A stretch of DNA of 63,750 nt, filler included, from Sandaracinaceae bacterium (GCA_947483975.1; 3 parts of 3 records of this genome joined end to end with filler, not necessarily neighbours in it), one strand, 5' to 3'. Shown: positions 47,011 through 57,523, counted from the first letter of the whole stretch. Program-made: numbers and translations. The notes: generated by a model from the letters alone, not told the origin.

Positions 47011-47120
47011 GACGCTCGCCAAGGCGCGCTCCGCTGCCTAGAGTGCTCGCCGATGCAACGCTCTCGCCCGTCAGAGTCGAAGGTCGTCGCCGAGGGTGGG
47101 TCGAACGCGCTGCCGCTCGG
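47011..47120 (+). repeat. 110-bp direct repeat, copy 2 (functional 5' end of the MoxR gene)
   Basis: Matches 44118-44227. Confidence 0.92.
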
Positions 47121-48381
47121 GCCGCGCGTCGAGTCGATCCTCGAGGTCGCCTACCGCGCGCGGCGCGCCGTGCTGCTCGAGGGCGCGACCGGCATCGGCA
47201 AGTCGGAGCTCGTCGCGCACGTCGCCAAGAAGCTCGGCATCGGGCACATCGTCCTCGATCTCTCGCTGCTCGAGCCGCCCGATCTCGTCGGGCTCCCCGT
47301 CATCGAAGACGGGCGCACGCGCTATGCGCTGCCGCGCTTTCTCCCGCGGGACGGCGCCGGCATCCTGATGCTCGAGGAGCTCAACCGCGCCGAGCGCTAC
47401 ATCCAGCAGCCGGCGCTGCAGCTGCTGACCGCGCGCGCGCTCCACGAGTACGTGCTCCCCGACGGCTGGGCGTGCTTCGCCGCGATCAACCCGGAGACCG
47501 GCGACTATCAGGTCACGCCGCTCGACGCAGCGCTCCGCGCGCGCTTTCTGCAAGTCCCTGTGCGCCCCGAGCGCGCGGCGTGGCTCGCTTGGGCGGGCGC
47601 GCACGGCGTGCACCCGGCGGTGATGGCGCTCGTCCGCGCGCACGAGCGCGTCTTCTCGGAGGTCTCGCCGCGCTCGTTCACCTATGCCTCGGAGCTGCTC
47701 CTCTCGATGCGCCCGCACGAGCTCGCGGACGACGGGCTGCTCCGCGACGTGCTCGGCGGCTACCTGCCCGGCGTGTGGGTCGAGGCGCTGGTCGCGAGCG
47801 GCTCGCTCGCCTCGCGCACGCTCGAGCTCGACGTCTACGAGCTGCTGCGCGACTACACGCCGAAGAGCGCCTATGCCGAGCGCCTCCGCGCGTGGAAGCA
47901 GCGCGGTCAGACCGATCAGCTCGACGAGCTCACGGCGCGCCTCTGCACGGTGCTCGGCGGGCCAGAGTGCGGCGTGCTGATCGCGCAGCGCGCGCTCGTG
48001 CTGCCCGCGCTCGAGGCGCTGCTCGCGGACCTGCCGGGGGATCAGCGCGAGCAGGCGCAGGACGCGCTCGGCAGCAACCCTACCGCCTGCGCGCTGCTCG
48101 ACGCGCGCCCCGAGGACGTCGTGACCAACTACGCCGCCGGCCCCCTCAAGGCGCGCGTCGACGAGTGGAAGGCGCAGCCCGGCAAGCACCATCGCGTCGC
48201 GCTGCTCGTCACCGCCGTCCGCGCGCACGTGCTCGCGCCGCACGTCGCCGAGCCGCTCCGCAAGTCGAACGCGCAGCGCCTCTCGCTCGGACACTTCCTC
48301 GTGCAGGTCGGTGAGCGCTGGGGGCTGCCCCTCGTCGAGGCTTTGCAGAAGCTCGGCGTGACGCCGATCCGCCCGACCTGA
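47053..48381 (+). CDS. MoxR-type AAA+ ATPase with C-terminal helical extension
   Basis: Walker A GATGIGKS, EPPDLVGLP, Walker B LMLEELNRA, AAINP, LDAALRARF; start reassigned to 47053. Confidence 0.88.
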   Translation: MQRSRPSESKVVAEGGSNALPLGPRVESILEVAYRARRAVLLEGATGIGKSELVAHVAKKLGIGHIVLDLSLLEPPDLVGLPVIEDGRTRYALPRFLPRDGAGILMLEELNRAERYIQQPALQLLTARALHEYVLPDGWACFAAINPETGDYQVTPLDAALRARFLQVPVRPERAAWLAWAGAHGVHPAVMALVRAHERVFSEVSPRSFTYASELLLSMRPHELADDGLLRDVLGGYLPGVWVEALVASGSLASRTLELDVYELLRDYTPKSAYAERLRAWKQRGQTDQLDELTARLCTVLGGPECGVLIAQRALVLPALEALLADLPGDQREQAQDALGSNPTACALLDARPEDVVTNYAAGPLKARVDEWKAQPGKHHRVALLVTAVRAHVLAPHVAEPLRKSNAQRLSLGHFLVQVGERWGLPLVEALQKLGVTPIRPT

Positions 48382-49658
48382 TGCGCGTCCCGGAGCGACC
48401 GCGCGCGGCCGAGCGACCGCGACCTCCGGAGCCGCCGGACCTCCGCGCCTGGCTCGCGCGCTTCGTCCAGGAAGCGGGCTTCCTCGCCCGATATCCTTAC
48501 TACGCGCACGTCCTCGCCAACCTCGAGCCGGTCGCCGACCCGAGCGTGCCGGCGATGGGCCTCTCGCTCCACGGCGCGCCCGGACGCGGCGGCCGCTATT
48601 ACCTGCACGTCAACGTCGAGCAGTTCCTCCGCGAGCCGCGCTTCTTGCTCGGGATCCTGCTCCACGAGGTGCACCACGTCGTGCTCGGGCACCTCGCGCA
48701 CCCCAAGTTCTTCGGCGCCGCGCACCCCGACCTGATGCTGCTCGCCCAAGAGACGAGCGCCAACGAGCACATCGAGGAGCCGCTGCCGACGCCGGTGTTG
48801 TGGCAGCACTTCGAGCGCTTCGGCGTGCGCGCCGGGCAGAGCACGCTCGAGCGCTACGCGAAGCTCTGCGCGGCGCGCGCAGAGGGGGCAGAGCCGCTCC
48901 CCAAGCGCGACACGAAGCTCGTCGATCAGCACGGCTGGCGCGAGCAGGCGAGCCCGCCGCCGGGCGGCGTGCAGCAGACGAAGCAGCTGATCGAGCGCGC
49001 CCGCGAGGAGGGCGCCGAAGACGCGCAGCGCGCGAGCGCAGGTCGCCCGGAGAGCGCGACGATCGCCGGGCGCACGCCCGAGGAATTGCTGCTGCAGCTC
49101 GTCGGCACGACCGACGCGCCCCAAGTCTACGTCGACTGGCGCTCGGCGCTCCGCGCCTTCGTCGCGCAGGCGCGCGCGCCCGTGCACACCTGGTCGCGCC
49201 CGAGCCGCCGCTTCCCGAAGCGCATCGGCGAGCTCCCCGGGCGCACCTATCGCCTGCGCGACGTGCTGCGCCCGACGCTCGTCGTCGCCATCGACACCTC
49301 GCTCAGCATGAGCCGCCAAGAGCTCGCGGAGGTCGCGCGGCAGCTCCGCCCGCTGAGCGGGCTCGCGCGCCTGATCATCGTCGAGTGCGACGCCGCGCTG
49401 ACGCGCGTGTATCCGTTCACGGGCACGCTCGAGAGCGTCAAAGGGCGGGGCGGCACGGATCTGCGGCCGGTGTTCGAGCCGCGATTTCTGCGCGCGCAGG
49501 GCGCGGACGGCGTCGTGTACTTCACGGACGGCGACGGCCCTTTTCCCACGTCGCCGCCGAGCGTTCCGACGCTCTGGATGCTGACGAAGCCGGGCGACTT
49601 TGCGTGCCCTTGGGGGCTGCGCGCGAAGCTCAGCCGCGCGCCGCCCGCCCGGCGCTGA
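48381..49658 (+). CDS. HEXXH metallopeptidase-like + VWA-like protein (DUF2201-type)
   Basis: LLHEVHHV, DWRSALR, WSRPSRR, MIDAS-like AIDTSLSM, GRGGTD, YFTDG. Confidence 0.88.
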   Translation: MRVPERPRAAERPRPPEPPDLRAWLARFVQEAGFLARYPYYAHVLANLEPVADPSVPAMGLSLHGAPGRGGRYYLHVNVEQFLREPRFLLGILLHEVHHVVLGHLAHPKFFGAAHPDLMLLAQETSANEHIEEPLPTPVLWQHFERFGVRAGQSTLERYAKLCAARAEGAEPLPKRDTKLVDQHGWREQASPPPGGVQQTKQLIERAREEGAEDAQRASAGRPESATIAGRTPEELLLQLVGTTDAPQVYVDWRSALRAFVAQARAPVHTWSRPSRRFPKRIGELPGRTYRLRDVLRPTLVVAIDTSLSMSRQELAEVARQLRPLSGLARLIIVECDAALTRVYPFTGTLESVKGRGGTDLRPVFEPRFLRAQGADGVVYFTDGDGPFPTSPPSVPTLWMLTKPGDFACPWGLRAKLSRAPPARR

Positions 49659-49667
49659 GCGACGAAC

Positions 49668-50636
49668 TCAGCGCGTGCCGAGCAGCCCGAGCGTCGCGAG
49701 CAGCGGGTGCTGCGCGCCGCGCTCGGGCTCGACGCGCGCGTGCCGGATGTCGTGCACGAGCTGGATCGACGGGCGCGCCTCCGCGACCCGGAAGCCGCCG
49801 CCCGCGAGCACATCGCGGTACGTCGCCGTGTGCAGGTCCGCAAAACCATCGCTGAATTCGAATTCCTCGCCGTCCACGCGGATCGAGCGGAACGTGCGCT
49901 TACCCGCCGCGCGCGCCGACTCCGGCAGCGCGCGCGCGTCGATGCTCAGGAGCCAGCGCACGCGGGCGTGCTCGAGCTCGAGATAGCCCGCCGCCGTCTC
50001 GCTCGTCGCGAGGTGCAGGACGTTCTCCTTCGCGGGCCCGAAGACCCACTGCAACATGTCGAAGAAGTGCACGCCGATGTTCGTCGCGATGCCGCCCGAC
50101 TTCTCGGCGTTGCCCTTCCACGACGCGTGATACCAGCGCCCTCGGCTCGTGATGTACGAGAGATCGATGTCGACCATCGTCGTCGGGTCCGCCGCGACGC
50201 GCGCGGCGAACGTCTCGCGGAGCTGACGGATCGCGGGGTGCAGGCGCAGCTGCAGCACGTTGTAGACGTGCCGCCCGCTCTCGCGCTCGAGCTCCTCGAG
50301 CCCGTCGACGTTCCACGGATTGAGCACCAGCGGCTTCTCGCAGATCACGTGCGCGCCGCTCCGCAGCGCGAAGCGGATGTGCGAGTCGTGCAGGTAATTC
50401 GGGGAGCAGATGCTGACGTAGTCGACGGGCGTGCCGCGCCGCCGCAGCTTGTCGAGGTGCCGGTCGAAGCGCTCGAACTCCACGAAGAAGTGCGCGTCGG
50501 GGAAGTACGAGTCGAGGATGCCGACGCTGTCCTTCGGGTCGAGGGCGGCGACGAGCTGATGGCCAGTCTCTGCGATGGCGCGCATGTGGCGCGAAGCGAC
50601 GAACCCAGCAGCACCGACCAGCGCAAAGTCCGCCAT
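49668..50636 (-). CDS. wbpB: UDP-GlcNAcA 3-dehydrogenase-like Gfo/Idh/MocA oxidoreductase (WbpB/WlbA)
   Basis: FALVGAAGFVA, DSVGILDSYFP, ICSPNYLHDSH, CEKPL, SWKG, ATNIGVHFFD. Confidence 0.88.
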   Translation of the reverse strand: MADFALVGAAGFVASRHMRAIAETGHQLVAALDPKDSVGILDSYFPDAHFFVEFERFDRHLDKLRRRGTPVDYVSICSPNYLHDSHIRFALRSGAHVICEKPLVLNPWNVDGLEELERESGRHVYNVLQLRLHPAIRQLRETFAARVAADPTTMVDIDLSYITSRGRWYHASWKGNAEKSGGIATNIGVHFFDMLQWVFGPAKENVLHLATSETAAGYLELEHARVRWLLSIDARALPESARAAGKRTFRSIRVDGEEFEFSDGFADLHTATYRDVLAGGGFRVAEARPSIQLVHDIRHARVEPERGAQHPLLATLGLLGTR

Positions 50637-50790
50637 GAGGCCTCCGGCGGCCGAGCGTGTCGATGAACCCCGCGCCGCGCAAGCGCCGCAGCGCGCAGAA
50701 GCTCCCTTTCGGCGGCCTCGCGCGCGTCGCTCGGTCCGTTGATCACGCCCATTGCAGGCGACAGTTTCGGGGAGCACCCTCCGCGACACC

Positions 50791-53751
50791 ATGACGCTGG
50801 ATCAGACCTCATCCTCTGCTCGTCCCGCCGCATCCACCTCGTCGAAGGCGGCCGATCCGCTCGCGCCGAGCGACCTCTTCGAGCGCCGCCACATCGGCCC
50901 CTCACCCGCCGACCAGCGGGCGATGCTCTCGTGGCTCGGCTTCGACTCGCTCGACGCGCTGACCGACGCGGTCGTCCCCGCCGGCATTCAGCTGCGCCGC
51001 CCGCTCGCGCTGACGGGGCTCCCCGCGGACCGCCCGCTCGGCGAGCAAGAGGCCCTCGCGCGGCTGAAGACCTACGCGAACGAGAACCAGGTCTTCCGCT
51101 CGCTGCTCGGGCTCGGCTACCACGACACGATCACGCCGGGCGTCATCCTGCGGAACGTCCTCGAGAACCCCGGCTGGTACACGCAGTACACGCCGTATCA
51201 GGCGGAGATCGCGCAAGGCCGCCTCGAGGCGCTGCTCAATTTCCAGACGATGGTCGCCGACCTGACGGGCCTCCCGCTCGCGGGCGCGTCGCTCCTCGAC
51301 GAGGGGACGGCCGCGGGCGAGGCGATGGCGATGTGCTTCGGCAACGCGGGCGGCGCGGCGGGCACCAAGCCGCGCTTCCTGGTCGCGAAGGACACGCACC
51401 CGCAGACGATCGGCGTCGTGCACACCCGCGGCCGCTCGCTCGGCATCACCGTGACCGAGGTCGACGCGGCGACGACGGAGCTCGCCGCGGACGTCTGCGG
51501 CGTGCTCGTGCAGTACCCGGCCACCGACGGCTGCCTCGTCGACTACCGCGCCCTCATCGCGAAGGCGCACGCGGCCGGCGCGCTCGTCGTGTTCTCGACG
51601 GATCTGCTCGCGCTCGCGGTGCTCACGCCTCCCGGTGAGCTAGGCGCAGACATCGCGATCGGCTCGGCGCAGCGCTTCGGCGTCCCGATGGGCTTCGGCG
51701 GTCCGCACGCCGCGTTCCTCTCGACGAAGACCGAGCTCGCGCGGCGTATGCCGGGCCGCATCATCGGCGTCTCCCGCGACGCGCAGGGCCGCACCGCCTA
51801 TCGCATGGCGATCGGCACGCGCGAGCAGCACATCCGCCGCGAGAAGGCGACGAGCAACATCTGCACGGCGCAGGCGCTGCTCGCGATCATGGCGGGCTTC
51901 TACGGCATCTATCACGGCCCCGCGGGCCTCCGCGCCATCGCCGAGCGCACGCACCGCGCCGCGCTGCTGCTCGCGCGCGGCCTCGAGAAGCTCGGGCACG
52001 AGGTGCTCACGCCCGCGCCCTTCTTCGACACCCTGCGCGTGCGCCCGAAGGGCACGACCTCGGCGGAGGTGCTGCGACACGCCGCCGCGAAGAAGCTCAA
52101 CCTCCGCGACTTCGGCGACGGCACCCTCGGCCTCTCGACCGACGAGTGCACCGACCTCACGCTCGTCTGCGCCGTGCTCGACGCCTTCCAGGGCGGCAAG
52201 GCCTGCGGCCTCGACCTCGGCACCCTCCTCGACGGGGAGCCCGCGCAGGGCTTCGGCGCCTTCACGCGCACGAGCGCGTACCTCACGCACCCCGTGTTCA
52301 GCGCCTACCACAGCGAGACGGAGATGCTCCGCTACATCACGAAGCTGCAAGGCCGCGATCTCTCGCTCGCGCAGAGCATGATCGCGCTCGGCAGCTGCAC
52401 GATGAAGCTCAACGCCACGGTCGAGATGATCCCCGTGACGTGGCCCGAGTTCGGCAAGCTGCACCCCTTCGCGCCCGCCGAGCAATGGCGCGGCTACGCG
52501 AGGCTCTTCGCCGATCTCGAGAGCTGGCTCTCCGAGATCACCGGCTTCGCGGGCGTCAGCCTGCAGCCGAACGCCGGCTCGCAGGGCGAGTACGCGGGTC
52601 TGCTCGTCATCCGCGCCTACCACGAGTCGCGCGGCGACCTGCACCGCGACCTCTGCCTGATCCCGACGAGCGCGCACGGCACGAACCCCGCCTCCGCCGT
52701 CACCGCCGGCATGCGCGTCGTCACCGTCGACTGCGACGAGCACGGCAACGTGCGCGTCGACGATCTCCGCGCGAAGGCGACCAAGCACGCCGCAGAGCTC
52801 GCCGCGCTGATGATCACCTACCCGTCGACGCACGGCGTCTTCGAGGAGGCGATCACCGAGATCTGCAGCATCGTCCACGCGAACGGCGGGCAGGTCTACA
52901 TGGACGGCGCGAACATGAACGCGCAGGTCGGCCTCTGCCGCCCGGGCGACATCGGCGCGGACGTCTGTCACCTCAACCTGCACAAGACCTTCGCGATCCC
53001 GCACGGCGGCGGAGGCCCCGGCATGGGCCCCATCGGCGTCGCCGCGCACCTCACGCAGTTCCTGCCGTCGCACCCCGTCTCGGCCCCGCTCAACGCCGGC
53101 GCGAACGCGATCGGCCCCGTCAGCGCCGCCGCCTACGGCAGCGCGTCGGTGCTGCCGATCTCGTGGGTCTACGTCGCGCTGATGGGCGCCGTCGGCCTCA
53201 AGCGCGCGACGCAGAACGCGATCCTCAACGCGAACTACATGGCCAAGCGCCTCGGCGGCGAGTTCCCCGTCCTCTACACCGGCAAGGGCGGCCTCTGCGC
53301 GCACGAGTTCATCCTCGACTGCCGGCAGTTCAAGAAGGGCGGCGTCGAGATCGACGACGTCGCCAAGCGCCTGATGGACTACGGCTTTCACGCGCCGACG
53401 ATGTCCTTCCCCGTCCCCGGGACGCTGATGATCGAGCCGACGGAGAGCGAGTCGAAGGAGGAGCTCGACCGCTTCTGCGACGCGCTCCTCTCCATCCGCG
53501 AGGAGATCCGCGCCGTCGAGAGCGGCAGCGCGCACAAGACGGATAACGTGCTCAAGAACGCGCCGCACACGCTCCAGGTGCTGCTCGCCAACGAGTGGGC
53601 GCACCCCTACTCGCGCGAGGAGGCCGCCTACCCCGCGAAGTGGCTGCGCGACACGAAGTTCTGGCCGTTCGTCGGGCGCATCGACAACCCGTACGGCGAC
53701 CGCAACCTCGTCTGCATCTGCCCGCCGATCGCCGACCTCGCAGAGAGCTGA
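50791..53751 (+). CDS. gcvP: Glycine dehydrogenase (decarboxylating), single-chain P protein
   Basis: [60 protein letters not shown]. Confidence 0.97.
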   Translation: MTLDQTSSSARPAASTSSKAADPLAPSDLFERRHIGPSPADQRAMLSWLGFDSLDALTDAVVPAGIQLRRPLALTGLPADRPLGEQEALARLKTYANENQVFRSLLGLGYHDTITPGVILRNVLENPGWYTQYTPYQAEIAQGRLEALLNFQTMVADLTGLPLAGASLLDEGTAAGEAMAMCFGNAGGAAGTKPRFLVAKDTHPQTIGVVHTRGRSLGITVTEVDAATTELAADVCGVLVQYPATDGCLVDYRALIAKAHAAGALVVFSTDLLALAVLTPPGELGADIAIGSAQRFGVPMGFGGPHAAFLSTKTELARRMPGRIIGVSRDAQGRTAYRMAIGTREQHIRREKATSNICTAQALLAIMAGFYGIYHGPAGLRAIAERTHRAALLLARGLEKLGHEVLTPAPFFDTLRVRPKGTTSAEVLRHAAAKKLNLRDFGDGTLGLSTDECTDLTLVCAVLDAFQGGKACGLDLGTLLDGEPAQGFGAFTRTSAYLTHPVFSAYHSETEMLRYITKLQGRDLSLAQSMIALGSCTMKLNATVEMIPVTWPEFGKLHPFAPAEQWRGYARLFADLESWLSEITGFAGVSLQPNAGSQGEYAGLLVIRAYHESRGDLHRDLCLIPTSAHGTNPASAVTAGMRVVTVDCDEHGNVRVDDLRAKATKHAAELAALMITYPSTHGVFEEAITEICSIVHANGGQVYMDGANMNAQVGLCRPGDIGADVCHLNLHKTFAIPHGGGGPGMGPIGVAAHLTQFLPSHPVSAPLNAGANAIGPVSAAAYGSASVLPISWVYVALMGAVGLKRATQNAILNANYMAKRLGGEFPVLYTGKGGLCAHEFILDCRQFKKGGVEIDDVAKRLMDYGFHAPTMSFPVPGTLMIEPTESESKEELDRFCDALLSIREEIRAVESGSAHKTDNVLKNAPHTLQVLLANEWAHPYSREEAAYPAKWLRDTKFWPFVGRIDNPYGDRNLVCICPPIADLAES

Positions 53752-53794
53752 GCGCTCACCGGCGCGCGGGAGTCTTCCCTCTCGCGCGCCCCGC

Positions 53795-54070
53795 TCAGCC
53801 CCGGCTGCCCCGCTCGTCGAGCTCGAGTCGGCAGCGTCGACACGCCGGCCGCACGCGCGCGTGACCGTACAGCGGCCCTCCCGCGGCGAGGAACACCATC
53901 AGGGACGGCAACATCACGCAGTAGTCGGCCGCCAGAAACGGCGAGAGCGACAGGGCGAACACGAGCGCGACGCGCCACACGAGCCAGGCCGGCTTCCAGC
54001 CGCGCCACGGACGCACGACGGCGACGTCGGCCCCACAGCGCACGCAATACAGGGTGTCGCTCAACGCCAC
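53795..54070 (-). CDS. Small membrane protein with flanking CxxC pairs
   Basis: CVRC - two hydrophobic helices - CRRC. Confidence 0.55.
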   Translation of the reverse strand: MALSDTLYCVRCGADVAVVRPWRGWKPAWLVWRVALVFALSLSPFLAADYCVMLPSLMVFLAAGGPLYGHARVRPACRRCRLELDERGSRG

Positions 54071-54100
54071 GCAAGCGCCCGGGGCGACCGGCGCGCGCGC

Positions 54101-55150
54101 CTAGGCACGCAGCACGCGACCCAGCGCGTCGATGGCCTCATCTCGCGCCAAGCGCGCGACGGGGAGCGCGCCGGCCATCGTGAGGAAGCCGTGCACGAGC
54201 GTCGTCGCCTGCTGCACGCTGACCGGCACGCCCGCTGCGCGGAGCGCCTCCGCGTAGGCGAGCCCCTCGTCGCGCAGCGGATCGAAGCCCGCGACGACGA
54301 CGTGCGCGGGCGGCAGCGAGGCGTGGCTCGCCGCGAAGAGCGGCGACGCGTGCGGGTGTCGGTGATCGTCGCTCGGCGCGAGGTACTGCGCGAGGAACCA
54401 CGTCATCATCGGCTCGTCGAGGAACGGCCCCGCGGCGTGCTCGCGGTGCGACCGGAGCGCGCGCGTCATATCGGTCGCGGGGTAGATCAGCCACTGAAAG
54501 CAGGGCCGCGGGCCGCCCTCGTCGCGCGCCCGCAGGCAGACGACGGCCGAGAGGTTCCCGCCCGCGCTGTCGCCGCCGACCGCGAGGCGCTCGGGGTCGA
54601 CGCCAAGCTCGGCGGCGTGCGCCGCGACCCAGCGAAACGCGGCGAGCGCGTCGTCCGCTGCGGCTGGGAAGCGATGCTCGGGCGCGAGGCGGTAGTCCAC
54701 CGACACCACGGCGATCCCCGCGCGCGCCGCGATCGTGCGGCAGCCCGCGTCATAGGCCTCGAGCGTCCCGACCGTGAAGCCGCCCCCGTGGAAGTACACG
54801 AGCGTCGGCAGCGCGCCGCGGGCGTCGGGCGGCGTATAGAGGAACGCGCGCCGCGGGCCGACCGCGCCTGCGACGCTCAGTTCCCTGCGCACGATCCCCG
54901 CCGGCGCCGGCGCGTCGACCGCTCCGAGGCCGCGCGCGTACTCCCGCCGCGCTTCGCCGACCGTGCCCGCGAAGTAGGGCCTCGAGGCGACGCGGTGCAG
55001 CCTGGCGAGCAACTGCGCGCGAACGTCGAGCACGGCGCCCGCGGCGTTGAGCTGCGGCGCTCCGGCCAGCCTCCGCACGAGCGCGTCGGGGAGCGCCATC
55101 AGTCCGCGGACCATGCGGCGCTCGAGGCGCTCGAGGCGTTGGCCACTCAT
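54101..55150 (-). CDS. HSL-family lipase/esterase (alpha/beta hydrolase)
   Basis: HGGGF, DYRLAPEH, GDSAGG, DPLRDEG, HGF; start reassigned to 55150. Confidence 0.92.
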   Translation of the reverse strand: MSGQRLERLERRMVRGLMALPDALVRRLAGAPQLNAAGAVLDVRAQLLARLHRVASRPYFAGTVGEARREYARGLGAVDAPAPAGIVRRELSVAGAVGPRRAFLYTPPDARGALPTLVYFHGGGFTVGTLEAYDAGCRTIAARAGIAVVSVDYRLAPEHRFPAAADDALAAFRWVAAHAAELGVDPERLAVGGDSAGGNLSAVVCLRARDEGGPRPCFQWLIYPATDMTRALRSHREHAAGPFLDEPMMTWFLAQYLAPSDDHRHPHASPLFAASHASLPPAHVVVAGFDPLRDEGLAYAEALRAAGVPVSVQQATTLVHGFLTMAGALPVARLARDEAIDALGRVLRA

Positions 55151-55290
55151 CGCTTGCTCGCCCTTCCCGCGGAAAAATGGAGCCGAGCCCCGATACTTAT
55201 GTGACAAGCGTGTGTCCTTCGAGCACAATGAACGTTCGTCTCGTGCGCAATCGCACGCCGACTGGAGTGTCCGAGAAGCGAGGTATTTCG

Positions 55291-55614
55291 ATGGCAACTG
55301 CGATGGTGGTGACGGCGGTTTTGGCGATGGCGGCGGCTCTCGGAGCTCAGCTGACCAAACGCTCGGACCTCGCCTCCCGCCTCGCCTTTGCCGCCTTCGC
55401 GCTCGGCCTCGCGAGCTACACGCTGCTCGGCGTCGCGACCCTCGGCGCGCCCCGCCCCACGGCGGCGCAGGCGCTCTGCTTCCTCGTCGCCTCGGGCTCC
55501 GGCGGCGGTTGGCTGTTCTCGCAGCACCATCGCCTCGGTGAGATGCGCCCGCTCTTCGCGCTCGCGACGCTCGGTCTGCTCGGCGTGACGCTCTCCGTGC
55601 TCGCGACTGCCTGA
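55291..55614 (+). CDS. Small hypothetical membrane protein (about 4 TM)
   Basis: GAGGT RBS before ATG 55291; hydrophobic segments. Confidence 0.55.
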   Translation: MATAMVVTAVLAMAAALGAQLTKRSDLASRLAFAAFALGLASYTLLGVATLGAPRPTAAQALCFLVASGSGGGWLFSQHHRLGEMRPLFALATLGLLGVTLSVLATA

Positions 55615-55692
55615 GTCGCCCGTCTCGGGCGCGTCGCTCGGCTCGGGCTCACGACTCCCTGAGTCGCCCGTCTCGGGCGCGTTGCTCGGCTC
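55599..55692. repeat. 48-bp period tandem duplication spanning a stop codon
   Basis: GCTCrCGACTsCCTGAGTCGCCCGTCTCGGGCGCGTyGCTCGGCTC at 55599 and 55647. Confidence 0.8.
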
Positions 55693-55714
55693 ACGCGCTT
55701 GGCCGACTCGCACG

Positions 55715-56206
55715 CTACGAGCCGAGCAGCAGGCGCACCGACTGCGCGCGACCGTCCCGCGCTTCGGCCTCGGCGGCTGGCGTCCACGACGAGTCCGCCT
55801 CGAGGCGGTAGCTGCCGTCGTAGGGATCCGGCGGCTCGCCGCCCCACTCCTCGGGCGAGAGCATCGAGAAGTAGTGCGCGCCGCTCGCCTCCCGATAGAG
55901 GTGATAGACCTGCCCGATTCGCTTACGAAACTGGCACTTCGCGCGGTGTAGCTCCGCGTCTCGCTGCGCCGCCGTCAGCACCTCGCGCGCCTGCTCCTGG
56001 AGCGCGCGGATCTGCTCTGCGATCTGCGCGAGCTTGCCCGTCGCGACCGACGCGAGCACCGCGTCGGCGCGCTGAATCTCGCGCGCGACGTCGACGAGAT
56101 CGTGCGCCGGCGCGAGGCGGCTCATCGGATACGGCGAGGTGCTCGCGGGACCCGCGTGCTTCTCGCCGTCGTGTCGCTTCGCGGAGTCGTCGCTCATCGT
56201 CGTCAC
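55715..56206 (-). CDS. DUF2452-like protein
   Basis: SPYPMSRL, IAEQIRALQEQA, LHRAKCQF..IGQVYHLY, FSMLSPEEW, GSYRLEADSSWT. Confidence 0.75.
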   Translation of the reverse strand: MTTMSDDSAKRHDGEKHAGPASTSPYPMSRLAPAHDLVDVAREIQRADAVLASVATGKLAQIAEQIRALQEQAREVLTAAQRDAELHRAKCQFRKRIGQVYHLYREASGAHYFSMLSPEEWGGEPPDPYDGSYRLEADSSWTPAAEAEARDGRAQSVRLLLGS

Positions 56207-57453
56207 TCTGCCGCGCGCGCGGGCAGCCCCTCGAAGAAGCCGAGCCCGCCGAGGAATTTGCCCATCTCACGCAGGTACGCGCCGCGATCGAGGTGAATCA
56301 GGTGGTTGCCCGGGAACCAGTGCAGGCGGCAACGATCCCAGTGCTCCCAGAGCAGGCGCGCGTGCTTCGGCGGCGCGAGCCGGTCGCCGACTCCGCCGAT
56401 CACCATCAGGCGCTCCCGTCCGAGCAGCGGCGGATAGGTCAGCGGACTCGACACCGAGAGCAGATACCGCGCGTCGACGATCGAGCGCCCCGTCGCCGCG
56501 AGCGCGCCGCGCAGGATCGTGCCGATCGGCTGCCACTCGAGCACGAGGTCCGGCAGGCTCGTCACCGGCACGTTCGGCACGGCGAACGAGAGGCGAGGCT
56601 CGACCGCGGCGAGCAGCGCCGAGGTGAAGCCCCCGAGGCTGACGCCCGTGATGCCGACCCGCGGGACGCCGCGCTCCTCGATGAGGTGATCGATCAACAC
56701 GCGCAGATCGCAGATCGCTTGGCCGAACGCCTCGTTGATGTGCGACGCGCCGCCCGCGAAGAAGCCGTGTCCGCTGAACGGCGACAGCGGCGCCTGCCGC
56801 TTGCCGTGGAACGGCAGCGTGAAGAGCGCGACGTCGCAGCCCACCGCGTACAGCCACGGCAGCGCGAAGAACCACTCGTTGAGGTGATAGAGGTCCGCGC
56901 TGAAGCCGTGCACCGCGATCACCATCGGGCGCGGCCCGTCGTGATGCCGCCAGAGGCGCACATGCGCGCGCCGGTTGCGCTCGTTGGCGAGGTACGACTG
57001 ACGCAGGCGCGGGTGGACCGGGACGTACGGGCTCGTGAAGCGCAGGTCCTCGCAGAGGCCGTCCTTCGGGCGATTCAGCGGCAGCCGCGCGGGCCGCGTC
57101 TGCACGGGAACACCGCGCGGAGGCTTGGCGAAGAAGCGCGTCGGATCGCCCGACTCGGCCATCGGGCCCACCAAGCGCAGGTCGTCGAAGGACCGCTGCA
57201 GGAGCTTCGGCCGGTAGCCGAGCGGCATCGCCAGCCCGCCGACGAGGCACGCGCCGATCGTCCGCACGAGCACGTCCGCCGCGGCGCCTGCGCGCACCGG
57301 CAGCGCGTCTCGGAGCGCGAGCGAGAAGCTCTCGTCCTCGGTCGAAAAGCCGCGCGGCAGCGTCTCCCACCAGCGCGTTCCGAGCGGCGCGGGGCGAGGC
57401 TGCTGCACGACGGTGTCGTGAACGATCCGAGAGACGATGCTGCTGCGAGGCAT
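56203..57453 (-). CDS. Alpha/beta hydrolase
   Basis: VHGF, LPFHGKR, GVSLGG nucleophile elbow, GDRLAP, GNH. Confidence 0.85.
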   Translation of the reverse strand: MPRSSIVSRIVHDTVVQQPRPAPLGTRWWETLPRGFSTEDESFSLALRDALPVRAGAAADVLVRTIGACLVGGLAMPLGYRPKLLQRSFDDLRLVGPMAESGDPTRFFAKPPRGVPVQTRPARLPLNRPKDGLCEDLRFTSPYVPVHPRLRQSYLANERNRRAHVRLWRHHDGPRPMVIAVHGFSADLYHLNEWFFALPWLYAVGCDVALFTLPFHGKRQAPLSPFSGHGFFAGGASHINEAFGQAICDLRVLIDHLIEERGVPRVGITGVSLGGFTSALLAAVEPRLSFAVPNVPVTSLPDLVLEWQPIGTILRGALAATGRSIVDARYLLSVSSPLTYPPLLGRERLMVIGGVGDRLAPPKHARLLWEHWDRCRLHWFPGNHLIHLDRGAYLREMGKFLGGLGFFEGLPARAAE

Positions 57454-57523
57454 GCGTACGTTCGCAGCGTACCAGACGCGCCCTTCCCTGCCCGCGTTCC
57501 GCTGCTACCTTGCGCCCCCCTCC

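Noticed and set aside
50637..50790. Glycine riboswitch upstream of gcvP
   Set aside because: Short divergent intergenic region with no recognisable GGAGA..CCGAAG..CTCTCAGG aptamer motifs
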